Shown: positions 20,217 to 30,537, counted from the first letter of the stretch. The stretch is 64,000 nt of DNA from Polyangiaceae bacterium (GCA_033763455.1 JANRKO010000020.1:41311-105310); one strand, 5' to 3'. Numbers and translations: made by a program. Notes: generated by a model not told the origin, from the sequence alone.

Positions 20217-23200
20217 ATGACTACTACATCTGCCGCCACCTCTGAAGACGTGAACCTTTATGAGCTCCTAGGAGGTGAAGATATTATCCGAGCCGCCGTG
20301 GACGCATTTTACGAACGCGTGCTCGCTGACGAAGAACTTGCACCCTACTTCGAAGACGCAAATATGAAGGGGCTAAAGAAGAAGCAAACGATCTTCTTGT
20401 CGCAGGCTTTGGGCGGCCCCCAAAAGTATCGCTGGCGCGACATGCGAACGGCTCACGCAGGAATGAACATCACAGCCGAGCATTTCGATCGAGTTGCTGA
20501 ACACCTGGTGGCAACACTCACCGGCTTGGGCGTGAACATGCCCACCGTAAACAAGATCCTAGCGGTGGTAGCGCCGCTTAAAAACGACATCGTGGACGAC
20601 CGCAGCAGCGGCAAACAACCAATCTCAGAGGAATCTCGCATGGCAAGCTTATCGCAAATCCCCCCCCATCAGAACGGCTCCGCTCGCAGCTCCGCCCCGA
20701 AGGCCCCGCTTGGGGCCCTCGCGCAGGATAGCGCAATTTTGGCAGAGCTGCTCGAAGCCCTGCACACTACAACTGCCTTTCAAGACGTGGTCACCACCGC
20801 GCTGGAGCTTGTGTGTGAACGCATGGGCTGGAGCTACGCCGCGTACCTATCCGTCGATACCGAACAAGACGTGATGCGTTTTGTAGCCGACTACGGGCAA
20901 ACGGACGCCGCCCTTTCCCGTCTAGTGCGAGGTGCACAGTGGCGGCGTGGCGAAGGGATCGCCGGCCAGGCCTGGGACGATGGTAAACAACTCGTGGCGG
21001 ATGCGGATGAGGACTTTGGAAATCCGCGCTTGGCAGCAGCCGCGGAACGCGCACGAATGGCCACCAGTCTCGCGTTGCCCCTCTCGCTAGGGAACCGTAC
21101 GGCAGGCGTATTCCTTTTCTACTCAACCACTGAGCAGAACGTGAACTCCCAGGCGCAGAAGGTGTTCCGAAGCGTGGCCACATTAGTGGGTGCTGCCGTC
21201 GAACGCGCTGACACTGGACGCATTCGATCCATGTTGGATAAGGCCCCCACCAACGTCATTTACGCGGATAAAGACTTCATCATCCGCTACGCTAATGCGG
21301 CTTCACTGAAGACCCTCCGGTCCCTGGAAACGTATCTCCCCTTCAAGGCCGACGAACTTGTTGGAAAATCAATCGACGTTTTTCACAAGCATCCAGAACA
21401 CCAACGCAAGTTACTTTCGGATCCGAAGAACCTCCCCCACCAAGCCCTCATCCAGCTTGGTCCGGAGACACTAGATCTTTTGGTGAGCGCAATTACGGAC
21501 GACTCTGGCCGCTACCTTGGGCCCATGTTGACCTGGCAGGTTGTTACCCAGAAGGTGAAAACCGAACGCGAAATGGCGCGCATCTTCAACATGATGGAAA
21601 ACGCACCCATCAATGTGATCTATGCCGACAAGAATTTCAACATTCAATACATGAACCCGGCATCGCTCCGCACGCTAAAGAGCATTGAGCAATATCTGCC
21701 TGTGCGTGCTGATGAAGTTGTCGGAAAGTCAATTGACGTTTTCCACAAGCACCCAGAGCACCAGCGCACCTTGCTCTCTGACCCAAAGAAGCTACCTCAT
21801 CAGGCCATCATCAACGTAGGTCCAGAGAAGCTCGACCTGCTAGTAAGTGCCATTTACGACTCCAAGGGGGAATACCTGGGCCCGATGGTCACCTGGCAGG
21901 TGGTAACGCAAAAGCTCAAGACCGAGCGTGAAATGGCGCGAATCCACAACATGATGGAAAACGCACCCATCAACGTCATTTACGCCGATCGCGAAGGCAC
22001 CATTCAGTACATGAATCCTGCCTCTTTGAAGACGCTCCGCTCCCTCGAGGCACACCTACCGGTGCGCGCGGACGAAATCATCGGAAAATCGATCGACATC
22101 TTCCACAAGAAGCCGGAGCACCAGCGCGGTATCGTTGCCAACCCAAAGAACCTCCCCCACGAGGCCACCATTTCCGTCGGCCCAGAGAAGCTGCGACTGC
22201 TCGTGAGTGCGATTCTCGACCAAAAGGGTGAATTCCTCGGGCCAATGCTCACTTGGGAAGTAGTTACCGAAAAACTCAAGCTTGAGGCCAAGCAGAAGGA
22301 AACCGCAGTGCTATCTGCCGGCATGTCAAAGCTGATGGAAGCCCTGGGCAATGCACTCACTCCGAGCGAGTGCCTGCGTGTCGCCCTCGACACCATGCGC
22401 GAAGGCTTCAACTGGACCTACGGAGCGCTGTGGCCTCTGGACACCGAGAGCAAAACGCTCAAGTTCATGCAGGATTCTGGCGAAATTGCGCCGGAGTTCC
22501 GGCGTTCATCTGAAACAGCGACGTTTCGTTTGGGGCAAGGCCTCGGTGGTCGCGCCTGGCAAAGCATGGACATGATAGCTGTGGATGATCTCTCCCAGCT
22601 CACCGATTGCCCCCGCGTAGGCGTGGCGGGTCGCATTGGTATCAAAACAGGAGCCGCCTTTCCCATCATTGTGGACGGTAAGCTCTGGGGCGTGATCGAT
22701 TTCATCTCGACCGAACCCATCCCGATCTCTCCCGAGCGCCAGGAAACATTGCGGAACGCAGGACGCGCTCTGTCTGCGGCGTTCGAGCGTTTGCTCGGTG
22801 TCGCCAAGCAGAAGGAAGCCGCAGTGCTGTCCGCGGGCATGTCCAAGCTCATGGAAGCCCTGGGCAACGCGCCTAGTTCCAATGATTGCCTACGCGTTGC
22901 ACTCGACACCATGCGCGAAGGTTTCAACTGGACCTACGGAGCCCTCTGGCCGCTCGACGCTGAAACCAAAACCCTCAAATTCATGCAGGACTCTGGCAAC
23001 ATTGCACCCGAATTCCGGCGTTCATCTGAAACCGCTACATTCCGCTCAGGGCAAGGCCTCGGTGGTCGCGCCTGGCAGAGCATGGACATGATAGCTGTGG
23101 ATGATCTCTCCCAGCTCACCGATTGCCCCCGCGTAGGCGTGGCGGGTCGCATTGGTATCAAAACAGGAGCCGCCTTTCCTATCATTGTGGAAGGCAAGCT

Positions 23201-24290
23201 CTGGGGCGTGATCGACTTTGTCTCCCTTGAACCCATCGCCATCTCCCCGGAGCGCCAGGAGACGCTGCGAAACGGCGGGCGCGCCCTTTCGGCAGCGTTC
23301 GAACGACTGCTTGGAGTGGAGCGCGAGCAGCGGCATGCCGCCGAGCTAAAAGACAAGGTCGATCAAATGTTGGCAGTGGTGAACGCCGCAGCTGCAGGGG
23401 ACCTCACACGCGAGGTTACGGTGAACGGTAAGGATGCGATCGGTCAGATGGGTGAAGGATTGAGCCGCTTCCTCACCGATCTTCGTCAAAGTATTGGTGA
23501 CATCGCATTGAACGGAAAATCGCTCAACGGCTCCTCCGAGGAACTGCTCGGCATGAGCCAGACCATGGCTTCAAACTCTGAGGAAACCTCGGCACAAGCC
23601 AACGTCGTTTCAGCAGCGGCCGAAGAGGTGAGCAAGAACGTGCAAACGGTGGCAGCGGGCGTGGAGGAAATGAGCGCCAGCATTAAGGAGATTGCCAAAA
23701 ATGCAAGCGACGCCGCCAGAGTGGCCATCGAGGGTGTCAAGGCCGCCGAGACCACCAACGCAACGGTTGCCAAGCTCGGCGAAAGCAGCGCGGAGGTCGG
23801 TAAAGTTATCAAAGTCATTACCTCCATCGCCCAGCAGACCAACCTACTCGCGCTCAACGCGACGATCGAAGCAGCGCGCGCCGGTGAAGCGGGCAAGGGC
23901 TTCGCGGTGGTGGCCAATGAAGTGAAGGAGCTCGCCAAAGAAACGGCTAAGGCGACGGAAGACATCAGTCAGAAGATTGAAGCCATTCAGGGTGATACGC
24001 ACATGGCCGTCGAAGCTATCGCAAGAATCAGCGAGATTATCCGCCAAATTAACGATATTCAGGCCACAATAGCAGCCGCTGTAGAAGAGCAAACCGCCAC
24101 CACCAACGAAATCTCCCGCAACGTGAGTGAAGCTGCGCGCGGCAGCTCCGAGATCGCGGACAACATCACCAGTGTGGCGCAGGCCGCACAGGAAACCACG
24201 ACCGTGGCTACCAAGACGCAAGAGGCTGCCAATGCCTTGGGCAGAATGGCGGCCGACCTCACCAAGTTAGTGGCTCGCTTCAAAAACTAA
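20217..24290 (+). CDS. Giant soluble chemoreceptor: group I truncated hemoglobin-GAF-3x Aer2-type PAS-2x GAF-HAMP-MA
   Basis: LYELLGG..FY..LGGP..MRTAH globin; three ID(V/I)FHK(H/K)PEHQR..TW PAS repeats at 360-nt spacing; two GAFs at 516-nt spacing; [28 protein letters not shown] before ATG 20217. Confidence 0.93.
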   Translation: MTTTSAATSEDVNLYELLGGEDIIRAAVDAFYERVLADEELAPYFEDANMKGLKKKQTIFLSQALGGPQKYRWRDMRTAHAGMNITAEHFDRVAEHLVATLTGLGVNMPTVNKILAVVAPLKNDIVDDRSSGKQPISEESRMASLSQIPPHQNGSARSSAPKAPLGALAQDSAILAELLEALHTTTAFQDVVTTALELVCERMGWSYAAYLSVDTEQDVMRFVADYGQTDAALSRLVRGAQWRRGEGIAGQAWDDGKQLVADADEDFGNPRLAAAAERARMATSLALPLSLGNRTAGVFLFYSTTEQNVNSQAQKVFRSVATLVGAAVERADTGRIRSMLDKAPTNVIYADKDFIIRYANAASLKTLRSLETYLPFKADELVGKSIDVFHKHPEHQRKLLSDPKNLPHQALIQLGPETLDLLVSAITDDSGRYLGPMLTWQVVTQKVKTEREMARIFNMMENAPINVIYADKNFNIQYMNPASLRTLKSIEQYLPVRADEVVGKSIDVFHKHPEHQRTLLSDPKKLPHQAIINVGPEKLDLLVSAIYDSKGEYLGPMVTWQVVTQKLKTEREMARIHNMMENAPINVIYADREGTIQYMNPASLKTLRSLEAHLPVRADEIIGKSIDIFHKKPEHQRGIVANPKNLPHEATISVGPEKLRLLVSAILDQKGEFLGPMLTWEVVTEKLKLEAKQKETAVLSAGMSKLMEALGNALTPSECLRVALDTMREGFNWTYGALWPLDTESKTLKFMQDSGEIAPEFRRSSETATFRLGQGLGGRAWQSMDMIAVDDLSQLTDCPRVGVAGRIGIKTGAAFPIIVDGKLWGVIDFISTEPIPISPERQETLRNAGRALSAAFERLLGVAKQKEAAVLSAGMSKLMEALGNAPSSNDCLRVALDTMREGFNWTYGALWPLDAETKTLKFMQDSGNIAPEFRRSSETATFRSGQGLGGRAWQSMDMIAVDDLSQLTDCPRVGVAGRIGIKTGAAFPIIVEGKLWGVIDFVSLEPIAISPERQETLRNGGRALSAAFERLLGVEREQRHAAELKDKVDQMLAVVNAAAAGDLTREVTVNGKDAIGQMGEGLSRFLTDLRQSIGDIALNGKSLNGSSEELLGMSQTMASNSEETSAQANVVSAAAEEVSKNVQTVAAGVEEMSASIKEIAKNASDAARVAIEGVKAAETTNATVAKLGESSAEVGKVIKVITSIAQQTNLLALNATIEAARAGEAGKGFAVVANEVKELAKETAKATEDISQKIEAIQGDTHMAVEAIARISEIIRQINDIQATIAAAVEEQTATTNEISRNVSEAARGSSEIADNITSVAQAAQETTTVATKTQEAANALGRMAADLTKLVARFKN
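21231..22270 (+). repeat. Three intragenic PAS-coding repeats (360-nt period)
   Basis: Units begin at about 21231, 21591 and 21951. Confidence 0.85.
22287..23318 (+). repeat. Two intragenic GAF-coding repeats (516-nt period)
   Basis: Copies start GCCAAGCAGAAGGAA at 22287 and 22803; 101-nt perfect tract 22563-22663 = 23079-23179. Confidence 0.9.
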
Positions 24291-24319
24291 CCCCCGGCTC
24301 CCTCAGGTTCGGAGGCCCC

Positions 24320-24709
24320 ATGAAAGCCATTGTAGTAGATGATTCCGGAACGATGCGACGCATCTTGAAACGGATGCTAATTGAACTCGGCTTCGAGGTG
24401 AGCGAAGCCGAGGACGGGGTGGCGGCACTCGAATGGTTCAAGCTCAACGGCGCCATTGATTTGGCACTTTTGGATTGGAACATGCCGGAAATGAGCGGTT
24501 ACGATCTATTGCGCATGGTGCGCTCGAAGCATGAATTCGACAGCATGCGCATCATGATGGTGACCACCGAAAGTGAGATGGAAAAGATGTCCCAAGCACT
24601 CGACGCGGGGGCCGACGAATATGTAATGAAGCCGTTTACGAAGGACGTCATTACCGATAAGCTAAGCCTCTTGGGATTTGAGGGCAGCGTTCATGGAGCT
24701 GCCCCTTGA
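24320..24709 (+). CDS. cheY: CheY response regulator
   Basis: AIVVDDSGTMRR, LLDWNMPEMSG, MVTTE, MKPFT; GGAGG RBS. Confidence 0.93.
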   Translation: MKAIVVDDSGTMRRILKRMLIELGFEVSEAEDGVAALEWFKLNGAIDLALLDWNMPEMSGYDLLRMVRSKHEFDSMRIMMVTTESEMEKMSQALDAGADEYVMKPFTKDVITDKLSLLGFEGSVHGAAP

Positions 24710-25812
24710 AGAAAATCCGCGTCCTTATCGTTGACGACGCCGTTGTCATCCGAAAGATCCTTTCGGATGTGCTATCGGCGGAGCCCGATATGGACGTGGT
24801 GGGCACGGCGGCCAATGGCGCCCTCGGGCTCAAGAAGATTGAACAGCTCTCGCCCGACGTAGTGCTGTTGGACGTGGAGATGCCAGAGATGAACGGCATC
24901 GAAACCATCAGGGCGATTCGACCGCTCTACCCGAGGTTGCCCGTCATCATGTTCAGCACGCTCACGAACGCGGGAGCGGCCACCACCATTGAGGCCCTGC
25001 TACTTGGTGCTACGGATTACGCCACCAAGCCTGCCAACGTTGGCAGCACCACCAACGTGGTGAAGGAGGTTCAAACCACCCTCCTGCCAAAGATCCGCAA
25101 TGCCTGTGGGCAATTGCTCCCAGCGCAAGCTACCGCCGTTCGCCAGAGTGCGCCGCCTCGCCTCGCCAAACCCATCCCCGCTTCCAACAAGCGTCCAGAA
25201 ATACTGGTCATCGGCACTTCCACCGGTGGGCCCAATGCGCTCGCTGAAGTCCTGAAAGATATTCCCGCGTCATTTCCGGTGCCGGTGTTGATCGTTCAAC
25301 ACATGCCCCCGCTCTTCACACACTTTCTGGCCGAGCGACTGAACAAGAACTGCCCGTTGCGCATCCGCGAGGCAGTGGATGATACCCCGCTCCTACCGGG
25401 GGAGTGCTGGATAGCCCGGGGTGATTACCACATGGACTTGAAGCGAACGGCGAGCGACGTGCGGCTCGCCTTAAACCAAGCCCCCCCCGAGAATTCCTGC
25501 CGTCCCGCGGTAGACGTAACTTTTCGCGCAGTGGCCCGCCTTTACGGCGGAGCAAGCTTAGCCGTTGTTCTCACCGGAATGGGGCAAGATGGCCTGCGCG
25601 GAGGGAGAGCGATCCGAAGCGCAGGCGGGCGAGTTCTGGCTCAAGATCAAGCTTCTTCTGTGGTGTGGGGAATGCCGGGAGCAGTGATCGAAGCGGGGAT
25701 CGCAGAGGCCGGGCTGCCGCTTTCCCAAGTTGCCGCGGCCATCTTGGAACGGTTTGGTTTGAGCAAGCGCACGGCTATTCAAGCTAAGGAGCGGGCCGTT
25801 GGAAACAGTTGA
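24706..25812 (+). CDS. cheB: CheB methylesterase (REC + esterase)
   Basis: IGTSTGGPNAL, VQHMPPLFT, RPAVD, LTGMGQDG, VWGMPG. Confidence 0.96.
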   Translation: MKKIRVLIVDDAVVIRKILSDVLSAEPDMDVVGTAANGALGLKKIEQLSPDVVLLDVEMPEMNGIETIRAIRPLYPRLPVIMFSTLTNAGAATTIEALLLGATDYATKPANVGSTTNVVKEVQTTLLPKIRNACGQLLPAQATAVRQSAPPRLAKPIPASNKRPEILVIGTSTGGPNALAEVLKDIPASFPVPVLIVQHMPPLFTHFLAERLNKNCPLRIREAVDDTPLLPGECWIARGDYHMDLKRTASDVRLALNQAPPENSCRPAVDVTFRAVARLYGGASLAVVLTGMGQDGLRGGRAIRSAGGRVLAQDQASSVVWGMPGAVIEAGIAEAGLPLSQVAAAILERFGLSKRTAIQAKERAVGNS

Positions 25813-26608
25813 TTTCCAGTTCCTTCAGAGGTTCATGCACAGCCACGCGGCGATCGTGATCGACGAGGGCAAGCAGTACCTGGTGGAGAACCGACTTCAG
25901 CCAGTGGCGAAAGCGGCAGGCCTAGCCGATCTGCATGGCCTCGTTGCGCGCCTCAAAGGTGAACCATTCGGGCACCTCCACCGCGACGTGCTCGACGCGA
26001 TGACCACCAACGAAACCTCGTTTTTTCGCGACACCAAGCTCTACGAAGCGCTGGAAAGGGAGATCCTACCTGAGCTTCTTACGTACACTGCGGGCCGCAA
26101 GCTAACCATCTGGTGCGCTGCGTGCTCCACGGGCCAAGAACCCTATACATTGAGCATTATCTTCAAGGAAAAGCTCAGAGTTGGCCCCGAGCGCGTCGAA
26201 ATCATCGCTACCGATATCTGTGAACGAGCGCTCGCGGCCGCCACGCTTGGGGAATACAGCCAGATGGACGTGAATCGCGGCTTGCCAGCACCTCTTTTGC
26301 TCCGCAATTTTCAGCAGGCAGGGCGCACCTTCCGCATTAACGATGAGGTCAAGAAATACGTAAAATTCCGCAAATTGAACCTTGCTCAAGCCTGGGAAGG
26401 CCTCGGTTCACTCGATCTCGTCCTCATCCGCAACGTGCTAATTTACTTCAACATCGACACCAAGCGGCAAATCTTGAACAGGGTAAAGAGCCTCATGAAG
26501 CCCCACGCCTATCTTATTCTAGGTGCCGCGGAGACCACGCTCAATATCGATGATTCCTACGAACGAATCGTCAAAAAAGACGCAACTATCTACCGTCCTG
26601 TACGTTAA
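25799..26608 (+). CDS. cheR: CheR methyltransferase
   Basis: TTNETSFFRD, WCAACSTGQEPY, RNVLIYF. Confidence 0.95.
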   Translation: METVDFQFLQRFMHSHAAIVIDEGKQYLVENRLQPVAKAAGLADLHGLVARLKGEPFGHLHRDVLDAMTTNETSFFRDTKLYEALEREILPELLTYTAGRKLTIWCAACSTGQEPYTLSIIFKEKLRVGPERVEIIATDICERALAAATLGEYSQMDVNRGLPAPLLLRNFQQAGRTFRINDEVKKYVKFRKLNLAQAWEGLGSLDLVLIRNVLIYFNIDTKRQILNRVKSLMKPHAYLILGAAETTLNIDDSYERIVKKDATIYRPVR

Positions 26609-26624
26609 CGCGAAGAGCAACTCA

Positions 26625-27092
26625 ATGACTATTGCTGAACAACTATGGATCGACGCCAGTTTAGGCGCCTTGCGCGACAGCATCTCGATGTTTGAAGCGG
26701 ACACCCTCGACGTGATTTCTGTGACAACCACGCTCCCTGTTCGCACGCGCGGCGCCTTTATCTCCATAGCCGGCAAATCGCAGTCGGTGGAGCTCGGCGT
26801 AGTGTGCGAAAGCGATGTGCAGCAGGTGCTGTCCCAACGTTTCCTAGGCGAATCCACCACCCTCTCTGAAGAAGAAGTCGCCGACGCCATGAGGGAGTTC
26901 GCCAATATCCTGGCTGGTGGGCTCAAGGGTGCCATGGTCCAGCATGACCCAACTCTCGCCCTCGGCCTGCCTCTATTTGTTGACGGCATCCATCCGAGCC
27001 CCGCTACGCGGACGCACAGTGCACAGGTAATGCTGGCGGACCAAGAGCTGTGTTTGGTCGTAATTGTGGGCTCTTTGGGGCTCGCAGCGTGA
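26625..27092 (+). CDS. cheX: CheX-like phosphatase
   Basis: DAMREFANILAGGLK; near-collinear paralog of 16148-16612. Confidence 0.8.
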   Translation: MTIAEQLWIDASLGALRDSISMFEADTLDVISVTTTLPVRTRGAFISIAGKSQSVELGVVCESDVQQVLSQRFLGESTTLSEEEVADAMREFANILAGGLKGAMVQHDPTLALGLPLFVDGIHPSPATRTHSAQVMLADQELCLVVIVGSLGLAA

Positions 27093-27102
27093 AGCCGTAA
27101 GA

Positions 27103-27735
27103 ATGGCAACGCCAAGCTCCCCGCCACGTGAAAGACGCCGCCTCCCGTTGGCGATGCGCAAAGGGCAGCTTGAGCTAACGGATCTATCCGGTTCCGAGTT
27201 TATGTCACTGGTTTCGCAACAGGCTCGCTCGGAAGAAAGTGGGTCTATCAGCTCTCAGTATGAGCGTGAGCTCTGCCGCGGTGACACACACGTAGGCGCG
27301 CTTGGAGTCCGTGCGTGCGACGCCGTCGTTGGCGCTATTAGCTACGGCAAGCTTGCTCTACCGCGCCACCCAGGCAAAGTGTCCCTGCGCATTGACGTGG
27401 TGGTCACTCGGCGCCATTGCCGCAAGATGGGCATTGGGGCCCTCCTCATTGCTGCCCTGATCAACAAATTTGCCAAGGAGCTCGGCCCGAACCTCCACCA
27501 TGTTTCCGTGATGGCCGTGCACCCGGCCATGATCCAGGTCTTCTCGAAGTTGAACTTCGAGCGAGCGGCTCCGAACGTACCGCTTTATTCGAGGCTACTG
27601 AATGAGCGCGAACTATTGGACATGCAGCGCCAAACAGACGGTATCGTTAACCTGAAGCTCCGTGATCTGAAAGCTCTGTGTGTGCCCTGCCGGCGCTTTG
27701 AGCGGCATGCTCCTTGGTGTGCGGCCGAGGGCTAA
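27103..27735 (+). CDS. GNAT-family acetyltransferase with C-terminal Cys cluster
   Basis: IDVVVTRRHCRKMGIGALLI (motif A RxxGxG), FSKLNF; tail CVPC..WC; 10 nt after the cheX stop. Confidence 0.7.
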   Translation: MATPSSPPRERRRLPLAMRKGQLELTDLSGSEFMSLVSQQARSEESGSISSQYERELCRGDTHVGALGVRACDAVVGAISYGKLALPRHPGKVSLRIDVVVTRRHCRKMGIGALLIAALINKFAKELGPNLHHVSVMAVHPAMIQVFSKLNFERAAPNVPLYSRLLNERELLDMQRQTDGIVNLKLRDLKALCVPCRRFERHAPWCAAEG

Positions 27736-27738
27736 CGC

Positions 27739-28680
27739 ATGGCAACGGGCTACCTATGGGACAGTGCTTCGCTCGGCTACGTGACTGGAGATCAGCTACC
27801 TGAACATCCGCGCCGCGCTCGGGCGCTGACTCCCGCACAGTTTGCCGGCATGAGCGGCGTCGAACAAATTCACACGCAGCCAGATTTGGGACTACCCTGG
27901 GTCGGGCGCGTGCACTCTGCGCAGTTTATGCGCGAGGTCCGCCTTGCTTCGCAGAATTCGCGGCTCTGGTTTGACGGCGGGGACACGGTGGTCCGCCCGG
28001 ACGCATTCGAAGTGGCGTTGATGGCGGCCTCAGGGGCTCTAACGCTCACGGATGCCGTGCTCCGCGGCAAAGTCCACAATGGTTTCGCGGCCATTCGGCC
28101 TCCAGGCCATCACGCTTCTTCTGAGCAAGCTCGTGGGTTTTGCATTTTCAACAATGTGGCCATCTGCGCCCGCTACGCCCAGCAGGTTTTCGGGATTGAG
28201 CGCGTTCTGATTGTGGATTGGGACGTGCACCCTGGGGACGGCACAGCCGCCATATTCTTCGAAGATCCAAGTGTTTTCGTGTTCAGCATGCATCAGCGAG
28301 GCATCCTCGGTCCGGAGGTGGGCGGCGAGCAACTAGAGGGGCGAGGCCCTGGCCGCGGGTGCACCCGCAATGTACCAGTGGAGGCTGGAACCTCAGCGGC
28401 GAGCTATCTGCACACGTTTACCCACGCACTCCGCCAGGTTGCCCGCAGCTTCAAACCGGGTCTGGTTCTTGTAAGTGCGGGCTTTGACGCGCATCGGGCC
28501 GATCCGCTCGGTGGGCTTTTGTTGGAGGAAAGTTCCTTTGCCGAGCTCACCGGGCTCGTGAAGGACATGGCTGCCATCTATGCCTCCGGAAGGCTTGTAT
28601 CTTTGCTTGAAGGTGGTTATCAACCTGGTGTATTGCGAGATTGTGTGGGGGCCCACTTGGCAGCCCTAGCAGGAAGCTGA
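27739..28680 (+). CDS. Zn-dependent histone-deacetylase-family (AcuC/HDAC-like) amidohydrolase
   Basis: HPR, RPPGHHA, GFCIFNNVA, DWDVHPGDGT, SAGFDAH, LEGGY. Confidence 0.93.
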   Translation: MATGYLWDSASLGYVTGDQLPEHPRRARALTPAQFAGMSGVEQIHTQPDLGLPWVGRVHSAQFMREVRLASQNSRLWFDGGDTVVRPDAFEVALMAASGALTLTDAVLRGKVHNGFAAIRPPGHHASSEQARGFCIFNNVAICARYAQQVFGIERVLIVDWDVHPGDGTAAIFFEDPSVFVFSMHQRGILGPEVGGEQLEGRGPGRGCTRNVPVEAGTSAASYLHTFTHALRQVARSFKPGLVLVSAGFDAHRADPLGGLLLEESSFAELTGLVKDMAAIYASGRLVSLLEGGYQPGVLRDCVGAHLAALAGS

Positions 28681-28682
28681 AG

Positions 28683-28699
28683 TTGGCATCATGCATGCA
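28683..28699 (+). promoter_or_regulatory. Possible sigma54 -24/-12 element upstream of the sensor kinase
   Basis: TTGGCATCATGCATGCA (GG-N10-GC). Confidence 0.4.
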
Positions 28700-28747
28700 G
28701 GGGAGAGATTCTGGGATGATAGCTATGGCTTCAAAAGTGGGAAGTAG

Positions 28748-29902
28748 ATGATCATGGGAATTGCGTTGAACCCAGGTGAAAGTTCGGCAGCGAAGCCAGC
28801 GGGTTCGCGGGCGTCTCAACAGGCACCCCGCGCCAGCTCAGGCTCACTTCTTAGCTGTATGTCGGACAGCACCTTGCGCCAGAAAGTGGCCGGATATTTT
28901 GACGAGGTGTTTTTTCTTTTGACGCCCGATTTGAGTCGAGAGCTGCACATTAGCCCCACGTACGAGCGGGTTTTCGGCTACCCAGTGAGCGCCGGAGTGC
29001 GGGACACCTGGTTCGAAAGAGTGCACCCTGAAGATCGGCCCGTTCTGGCAGCCTTCATGAACGCTTTCCCCGCGCTTGAGCCCGGAGGTGAAGTTGAACT
29101 CCCGCGCTACCGTGTACGGCGAGCTGATGGCCAATTCCGTCACGCCAAGTGTCGGATGTTCCCGATTATGGATGACACCGGCGAAATGGTGGCGGTGGGT
29201 GGCATTTTGGTGGACGAAACCGAGGCGCGCTTGGCCGAGGCCGCACTTCAGGAATCCAAGCGTGAGCTACAGCGCATGGCCGCCAACATCGAACGCGTCC
29301 AAGAAGAAGAACGCCGGGTTACGGCTCAATTCGTGCACGATCAATTGGGCCAATCCTTAGCCCTCGCCAAGCTCCGCCTGGATGCTTTTCTAGCCGCTCA
29401 TAACGTGCCGCGCACGGATCCCGAGGCCGCAAAGGTCCTCCAAGCCATCCAAGCCGCAATCGATGATTCTCGGCGGGTGGCCTACGATACGAGCCCACCC
29501 GTGCTGTATGATCTCGGCCTCATCCCGGCCCTGGAAGCCCAAGGGGAGCTTCTGTGTTCGGAACACCGCCTGGAATTTTCGATTGAGACAGTTGGCTCAT
29601 TCGAAAGCAAATCTCAGAATAATGTATTGGTGTTTCGAATTCTTCGGGAGCTGATGCTCAACGTAATCAAACACGCAGCGGCGAAGCATCTGCGCCTCAG
29701 CGTGCAAGTTCAACCGCCCACGCTCTTCATTCAACTTATCGACGATGGGCGGGGTTTCGATATGGCTACGCACTCCCCCAATTACGGCCTGGCGAGTGTT
29801 CGCCAGCGCCTATCTTATCTCGGCGGTGAGCTAACGCTCACTAGCACTCCGGGCCAGGGCACTACCGCCGCCATTTCCATACCGCTTGGAGCATTCCTAT
29901 GA
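28748..29902 (+). CDS. PAS sensor histidine kinase, HisKA_3 (NarX/UhpB) type
   Basis: RVHPEDR PAS; EEERR..VHDQLGQSL; NVIKHA; DDGRGFD; start uncertain. Confidence 0.9.
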   Translation: MIMGIALNPGESSAAKPAGSRASQQAPRASSGSLLSCMSDSTLRQKVAGYFDEVFFLLTPDLSRELHISPTYERVFGYPVSAGVRDTWFERVHPEDRPVLAAFMNAFPALEPGGEVELPRYRVRRADGQFRHAKCRMFPIMDDTGEMVAVGGILVDETEARLAEAALQESKRELQRMAANIERVQEEERRVTAQFVHDQLGQSLALAKLRLDAFLAAHNVPRTDPEAAKVLQAIQAAIDDSRRVAYDTSPPVLYDLGLIPALEAQGELLCSEHRLEFSIETVGSFESKSQNNVLVFRILRELMLNVIKHAAAKHLRLSVQVQPPTLFIQLIDDGRGFDMATHSPNYGLASVRQRLSYLGGELTLTSTPGQGTTAAISIPLGAFL

Positions 29903-30537
29903 GAGTTCTGCTTGTTGACGATCATAAAATCCTACGTGATGGGCTAAAGAGCCTGCTCTTGGCCCAAGGGCTTAACGTTGTGGGCGAGGCGGGCGACGGA
30001 GAAACAGCACTCGCGTTGGTGGAGCAACTCCAACCGCAAGTTGTCGTGATGGATATCGGCCTAAAAGGCATGACCGGTATCGACGCGACGAAGCAAATCC
30101 GCAAGCGCTTCCCCAATGTTGCCGTTTTGGCTCTATCCACCCACTCAGAAAAGCACTTCGTGACGGGCATGCTGGCTGCCGGTGCACTGGGTTACGTCAC
30201 GAAAGATTCGGCTTTTGAAGACCTCGCCAATGCCGTTCGTTCGGTGGCAGAGGGGCGCGTCTACACCAGCCAAACCATCACTGACGTGGTGATGAGAGAA
30301 TACACCGGCAAGCAACAAAGACCCCAAGAAACTCCTACCCTTTCCGCACGTGAGGAGCAGGTATTAGCGGCCATCGCTGACGGCAAGAGTTCGCGAGAAA
30401 TCGGGGATGCCCTGGGGCTCAGTGTGAACACCATCGACACCCATCGCCGGCGCATCTCAGAAAAGCTAGGTGTAAAAACCGTGGCTGCGCTTACCAAGTT
30501 TGCCGTGCGGCAAGGGCTCTCAAACATCAACCACTAA
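29899..30537 (+). CDS. NarL/LuxR-family response regulator
   Basis: VLLVDDH REC; LSAREEQVL..GKSSREIG..TIDTHR HTH; ATGA coupling to the kinase. Confidence 0.95.
   Translation: MRVLLVDDHKILRDGLKSLLLAQGLNVVGEAGDGETALALVEQLQPQVVVMDIGLKGMTGIDATKQIRKRFPNVAVLALSTHSEKHFVTGMLAAGALGYVTKDSAFEDLANAVRSVAEGRVYTSQTITDVVMREYTGKQQRPQETPTLSAREEQVLAAIADGKSSREIGDALGLSVNTIDTHRRRISEKLGVKTVAALTKFAVRQGLSNINH

Noticed and set aside
22287..23318. Possible diversity-generating retroelement TR/VR pair
   Set aside because: Both copies are in-frame GAF domains, the differences are mostly synonymous and not adenine-specific, and no reverse transcriptase is present.
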